In this document: piece after piece, positions 58,353-62,663 of the stretch | Position numbering within the stretch: position 1 is the first letter of the stretch | Layout: the number at the start of each line of letters is the position of its first letter | Position numbers and translations under genes: made by a program | Source: Bacillota bacterium | GTDB lineage: Bacteria; Bacillota; Clostridia; Acetivibrionales; DTU013 | Assembly (NCBI GenBank): GCA_023409615.1 | Contig: JAEYRF010000163.1 | Coordinates: 1-62,663, forward strand | Direction: 5' to 3' | DNA: 62,663 bases | The notes under the pieces: model-generated | The model's database searches: none | What the model was told of the DNA's origin: nothing | The model's input: the letters and a program-made list of their open reading frames with translations, nothing else

Positions 58353-60818
58353 TTAAATACACTTTTTCAGCCTGATAACATTGGCAGAAAACGCAGGTGC
58401 GTTATAGATAAATTTTCTGCCCGAACCAGTCAGACTGCGGATAACATCACATACAGACTGCGGATGTTCAAAGCTGTTTTCTGCAGTTTTTTCACCACTG
58501 ACCACATATGCTTCAAAATCATTTTCAACATCACAATCCAGTATAATTTCAATCTCATCATCTTCTTCTGACATATTGACTGCTTTAATGATGATTTCCG
58601 AGTCAGTATCGCATACTATGGCGGTCAATGCCTTAAAAGCAGGTACATCTGCCTCATGCAGGAGCTTACCGTTAAGATATAGAAGCATCCTTTCCCCATC
58701 TGCTTCATAGCAAAAATGATTGAATTCTCCTATTTTCAATTCTGCTTCGGCTGCGGTTGATAATTCTATGTATTCGTGACCTGCTTTTTCCTTAAAAGTG
58801 CTCATTCCATCATTTATTTTCCACAGGAACGGATTCACATTCTCTCCATTCCAATCTCTCGGAGGGTGTGTTTCATCAGATACATAGACCTGTTTGGGCA
58901 TTCTTGAACTATATACTCCGATCGTTATCTCTCTACCGGGATCAGCAAAAACTTCTATCTCAAAAGTACCTTCTGTAACTTCCTCTTCACCGAAAACCAC
59001 AAAAACTTTCTCAGGATCAACATCATATAGTTTCTTACTTTCTTCTATCTGCTCTTCATCTGGTACCGTCACACAGAAACCATCTGTCTGTGCCTCGACA
59101 CGACCCATCAGCTCATGTGTAACTTTAACTTCCTTGCCATTCCATTTCGAATTCCGGAAGAGCAGTCCGGGTTCCCCGATTAAAGATCCCATTCCTTTCA
59201 CAGGCCTGCAGATATCTTTTGTCTCCTCAATAAAGTTTACGACATAGTCGCCCCTATTATTACCGAACAGTTTCCAGACATAGTATGATGGAATCGCAAA
59301 ACTTTCTGAATTATTGAAGCGAATCATATTAGGAAACCATGCATTGTAATTCACGTTCTCCAAAAGAGGTGCATAAGAAATAAAAGAGACAACATCCTGA
59401 TTCCTTTCTGCGCCAATAAGGAATGCGGCTTCACCAAGAGCACCATATAACTGGCCTACATAACCTCTTACCACAGAGACCTCGCCCAGAAATATTTCAG
59501 GTCCCTTTCTGTCATAGTTGTCATAATAATTGGTTTTTTCTGCAAAATACTCAGCAGTATTGTAAAAATGCTCATCCACTATCTCTGCAGGCAATCCGTG
59601 TTCCTCGACATGAGTATTAGCCACGAATTTGATCCATGGGTAACGCTGGCGGATTGCTTCATAGCACTTTAAATATCGTTCTTCATAACCAGGTCCGGAA
59701 TTTTCATTCCCGATCTCCAGGAAATTCATTTTAAAAGGTTCAGGATGACCCATTTCTGCGCGAAGCCTTACCCATTTACTGTCCTGTGTTCCAACTGCAT
59801 ACTCAATGGCATCAAGCGTATCCTGAATCATGTCCTCAAGTGCTTGTCCTTCCATCAGCATAGAGTTTCTGGCCTGGCAGGTCATACCGCAGTTAAAAAC
59901 ATACAGAGGCTCCATGTCGAGATCCTCACAAAGCTGTAAGTACTCATGGAATCCAAGTCCGTTGTAAGTGCGGTAATGCCACATCAATAAATGGCCGGGA
60001 CGTTCCCAGACAGGGCCGACTATATTGCGGAAATACATTGCAGTCGAAGGGGTAAACCCTTCAACAATACAGCCACCGGGAAACCTTAAAAATTTTGGGT
60101 TCAAAGCCTCTAATTTCTCAACGATATCCTTCCTTAACCCATGACCCTTGTAGGTATCAGCCGGCATCAAGGATATAAACCCAAATTTGATTGTTCCTCC
60201 ATCGTGGCAGCAAATCTCAAGTTTTGCATCGTTTGAGTCTTCTATCGCTGTCAATACAGCATCATAACGGGAGTATGTCCCGCCGCTTACTATAAATTCT
60301 GTACTACAGAAGATCTGGTGCCCTTTTTTAATTGAAACGGTAAGCTTCTTCTCTTCATCTGACTTGGCAAACATATAAAAAACATATGATGCCCCTGCTT
60401 TCTGAGGGATACCACAGTATCCGGTATTCCAGACGCAGCCTTCCTTCTGGAAGACGACCGACAGAGATGCCTGTCTGCTGCTATTTAAAGTATCCTGTGT
60501 GTCAAGCTCCATTCGGGCTTTCTGACAGTACCAGGCAGGAATAGATGTATAAGCTGTACCATTATTGCGCATCCACCTGGATAGCCCTTCTCCGTGGTTG
60601 AATTCATCGCGCCAGCCGAAACATGAAACTACTGCATAGCCATCATCTTCCGTTGTACAATCTTTAGGCGGAATAGAATCTTCAAAAGTCCTGTTTCTAA
60701 TCAGTTCAGGATAAAGTCCTCCATCTCCTGCTCTGTTTATGTCTTCAATGAAAATTCCATATAAATTCTTAGTTGTAGGTATTCTTTTCTCCGCTGTTTT
60801 CGCAAAGATTCTGCTCAT
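58353..60818 (-). CDS. GH51-like alpha-L-arabinofuranosidase with an N-terminal inserted beta-sandwich region (821 aa)
   Basis: NLYGIFIEDINRAGDGGLYPELIRNRTFE (GH51 N-terminal block), LRFPGGCIVEG and LEIGNENSG (acid/base GNE). No signal peptide. RBS AAGGGGAG. Confidence 0.7.
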   Translation of the reverse strand: MSRIFAKTAEKRIPTTKNLYGIFIEDINRAGDGGLYPELIRNRTFEDSIPPKDCTTEDDGYAVVSCFGWRDEFNHGEGLSRWMRNNGTAYTSIPAWYCQKARMELDTQDTLNSSRQASLSVVFQKEGCVWNTGYCGIPQKAGASYVFYMFAKSDEEKKLTVSIKKGHQIFCSTEFIVSGGTYSRYDAVLTAIEDSNDAKLEICCHDGGTIKFGFISLMPADTYKGHGLRKDIVEKLEALNPKFLRFPGGCIVEGFTPSTAMYFRNIVGPVWERPGHLLMWHYRTYNGLGFHEYLQLCEDLDMEPLYVFNCGMTCQARNSMLMEGQALEDMIQDTLDAIEYAVGTQDSKWVRLRAEMGHPEPFKMNFLEIGNENSGPGYEERYLKCYEAIRQRYPWIKFVANTHVEEHGLPAEIVDEHFYNTAEYFAEKTNYYDNYDRKGPEIFLGEVSVVRGYVGQLYGALGEAAFLIGAERNQDVVSFISYAPLLENVNYNAWFPNMIRFNNSESFAIPSYYVWKLFGNNRGDYVVNFIEETKDICRPVKGMGSLIGEPGLLFRNSKWNGKEVKVTHELMGRVEAQTDGFCVTVPDEEQIEESKKLYDVDPEKVFVVFGEEEVTEGTFEIEVFADPGREITIGVYSSRMPKQVYVSDETHPPRDWNGENVNPFLWKINDGMSTFKEKAGHEYIELSTAAEAELKIGEFNHFCYEADGERMLLYLNGKLLHEADVPAFKALTAIVCDTDSEIIIKAVNMSEEDDEIEIILDCDVENDFEAYVVSGEKTAENSFEHPQSVCDVIRSLTGSGRKFIYNAPAFSANVIRLKKCI

Positions 60819-60867
60819 ATAACTCCCCTTAGCATCTCGCCTTAGTCTCTTATATGTCTATAAGCTT

Positions 60868-60881
60868 GTAAAACGTTTTAC
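60868..60881. promoter_or_regulatory. LacI-family operator candidate (perfect palindrome GTAAAACGTTTTAC)
   Basis: 14-bp perfect inverted repeat with a central CG, within the 16-mer TGTAAAACGTTTTACT. It lies about 10 nt downstream of the -10 box of the GH51 operon promoter. Confidence 0.6.
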
Positions 60882-60891
60882 TTTATAAAAA

Positions 60892-60921
60892 ATTATATGC
60901 CAACGCGTATATAAATGTCAA
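60892..60921 (-). promoter_or_regulatory. Consensus sigma-A promoter of the GH51-ABC operon
   Basis: On the minus strand: -35 TTGACA (60916-60921), 18-nt spacer, -10 TATAAT (60892-60897). Confidence 0.6.
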
Positions 60922-61357
60922 TAAAAATTCTAAACTTTCTTATGCAAATACTATTGATGCCAGGTACTTTTTTGTTTAACATTTGTGCATTTTCCACAAA
61001 CCGTTGCCCTAATTCCGTATTTCAAAATATTAGTTAATCGTTTTTCTGCTTTATGATATAGTTTCAGCATTTCTATTAAAGCTGTATAAATAGAAAACAT
61101 ATGTCTTATACTAATAATAACATTTGTTTTATGGATTTTCAATTAATGTTTTCACAGCCGGACAATATACTTATAACGCCTCGGTTCAAAATGAAATTTT
61201 CCGGTTGTAGAAAAATTTCATTACCCAGGATGCATGGGTGAGCAGAAAGTATGTTGAGTGCGCAAGCACGGATTTCCTTTGCAACATACAAAACGACAAG
61301 GTCATCGACCAGCCTCAGCGGCGTTTCAACGAGGCGGGGGATATCTTTGTTGCCTCG

Positions 61358-62395
61358 TTATATTCTTTTGACGGAATTGCGTATGATTAACCGACATGGA
61401 ATTTTGATTGTCTTCTGAGCTTCGTTTTCTCTGCCCTGTTCCAGTGAAGATATCATGATTTCCGCTGATTTTCTGCCGATTTCGACAAGAGGCAATCCGT
61501 TTGTCGTAAGGTCAGGCTTTAAGTATTCAGAAATCTCCTTGTTGTCATATCCAGCGACAGAAATATCTACTCCTGCCTTCATATTATGTTCTTCCAGATA
61601 ATCATAAACACCTGCTGCCATATTATCATTCATGCAAAAGATAGCAGTAACTCCTTCATTTATCAGCTTTTCTACTTCATGATAGCCCGACGGTCTTTCC
61701 CAGTCGCCATATTGTATCCAGTCAGGATTATATAAAATTTGATCTTCAAACAATGCCCTCTGATATCCCTTGCTTCTTTTCTGTGTATGTAAATTATCAG
61801 CAGTTCCTGCTACCACGCCAATCTTCTTGTGACCCATTGAGATAAGGTACCGTGTGATATCATATCCGCCCTTCTCGTCATCTATTACGATAGAAGTGAA
61901 TCTGGGTGACTGTGAATATGCATATACTACCATTGCCGGAATTTCAAAATCATTAGAAAAGCAGTTTATAATCCTGGCATGTCCTGCAACATACATAATT
62001 CCATCTACCTTAATGGAGCGAAGTTCCTGAATGGCGGGAGTCAGGACTGAATGCAATTTCTTGTCATCGTCGTACCATGTACTTCTCCATCTGTCATACA
62101 GCCGCATATTAATCAGAATCGTCCTATAATTCATATCGTCACAGCGAGCCATGATTCCCTCAATAATTGGCGGTGAACTGAACTGGTTGAGATCTTCAGC
62201 TATTATTCCGATGATATTCGTCTTCTGTTTTCTCATGCCCTGCGCAAAATAATTTGGCTGATAACCGGTCTGTTTCACAACCCCAAGCACTCTCTGCCTG
62301 GTGGACTCACTAACATTCCGTTTACCATTTAATATATTAGATATGGTCGATGATGAAACGCCACACATTTGAGCAATTTCTTTTATTGTAATCAA
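61358..62395 (-). CDS. LacI family transcriptional regulator
   Basis: N-terminal HTH ITIKEIAQMCGVSSSTISNILNGKRNVSESTRQRV and a periplasmic-binding-protein-like core. TTG start preceded by GGAGAAAGGAA. Confidence 0.9.
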   Translation of the reverse strand: MITIKEIAQMCGVSSSTISNILNGKRNVSESTRQRVLGVVKQTGYQPNYFAQGMRKQKTNIIGIIAEDLNQFSSPPIIEGIMARCDDMNYRTILINMRLYDRWRSTWYDDDKKLHSVLTPAIQELRSIKVDGIMYVAGHARIINCFSNDFEIPAMVVYAYSQSPRFTSIVIDDEKGGYDITRYLISMGHKKIGVVAGTADNLHTQKRSKGYQRALFEDQILYNPDWIQYGDWERPSGYHEVEKLINEGVTAIFCMNDNMAAGVYDYLEEHNMKAGVDISVAGYDNKEISEYLKPDLTTNGLPLVEIGRKSAEIMISSLEQGRENEAQKTIKIPCRLIIRNSVKRI

Positions 62396-62663
62396 AACAG
62401 ATAGTTCCTTTCTCCATAATGTTCACATGTCTGGAAAAGTTTCGACCATTCCATAATAACTATAATTAAGATAATATTGCAAGTAGTGAATTGCAAAAAA
62501 GTGAATTATATTGTCAATTGCAATTTACTTTTTCATGACACGTTGCCTTTATGAGTATTAACACATACCTTGTCATTAATGGCTATGAGTGGATCTGTTA
62601 GAAATCATATCATTGCATTTGGAAGTAAGGAATTTGGAGAGGACTGCTTATATTTCACCACAT

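Noticed and set aside
60868-60881. Interpretation of the palindrome as a CcpA catabolite-responsive element (cre).
   Set aside because: The half-site spacing is that of a 16-mer (TGTAAAA-CG-TTTTACT), not the 14-mer cre consensus TGWAANCGNTNWCA. A dedicated LacI regulator encoded next door is the simpler explanation, although CcpA binding is not excluded.
60951-61142. 63-aa ORF in the spacer between the GH51 operon and lacI.
   Set aside because: The region is an AT-rich intergenic spacer close to the GH51 promoter. The ORF has no Shine-Dalgarno sequence and a Lys/Ile-rich sequence typical of translated AT-rich DNA.

Overview
This 62.7 kb window is low-GC and looks like Firmicutes/Clostridia. 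That assignment is inferred from strong GGAGG-type ribosome-binding sites, SLH domains, YesM/YesN-type two-component systems and LplABC-type ABC transporters. About 55 kb (7.3-62.4 kb) is one almost entirely minus-strand array of carbohydrate-utilisation modules, resembling a Gram-positive polysaccharide utilisation locus. It holds five CUT1-type ABC importers with six lipoprotein solute-binding proteins (SBPs) and two sensor kinase/AraC-type response regulator pairs. It also has two one-component AraC regulators and one LacI regulator. The enzymes are a LacZ-type GH2 beta-galactosidase, a GH42 beta-galactosidase, two paralogous GH31 alpha-glycosidases, a GH95-like enzyme and a GH51-like arabinofuranosidase. 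There are also three esterases of different folds and a beta-helix protein. This enzyme set fits intracellular trimming of xyloglucan or hemicellulose side chains; that is inference. The left 7 kb is unrelated: a polytopic methyl-accepting chemotaxis protein, a PIG-L deacetylase, a secreted M16 metallopeptidase with C-terminal SLH repeats, and a HAD-IIA phosphatase. Three structural events can be read directly from the DNA. (1) A 1509-bp ISAs1-family IS with imperfect terminal inverted repeats and a perfect 10-bp target duplication splits the GH42 gene, and removing it restores the reading frame. (2) A ~3.6 kb segment (GH31 plus a 668-aa unknown protein) is present twice at roughly 92-93% identity by eye. 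(3) The second copy of the unknown gene is cut off at a deletion scar that joins it out of frame to the last 59 codons of an SBP gene. I saw no CRISPR array, tRNA/rRNA gene, prophage, or recognisable defence or toxin system. The best candidates for undescribed biology are uncharacterised proteins embedded in the CAZyme operons: the 668-aa GH31 partner, a tandem NTF2-like protein and a beta-helix protein. Several cis-elements are also of interest: a shared promoter motif, a LacI operator on a consensus promoter, and an attenuator-like structured intercistronic region. All family calls rest on motifs recognised by eye; no database search was run.
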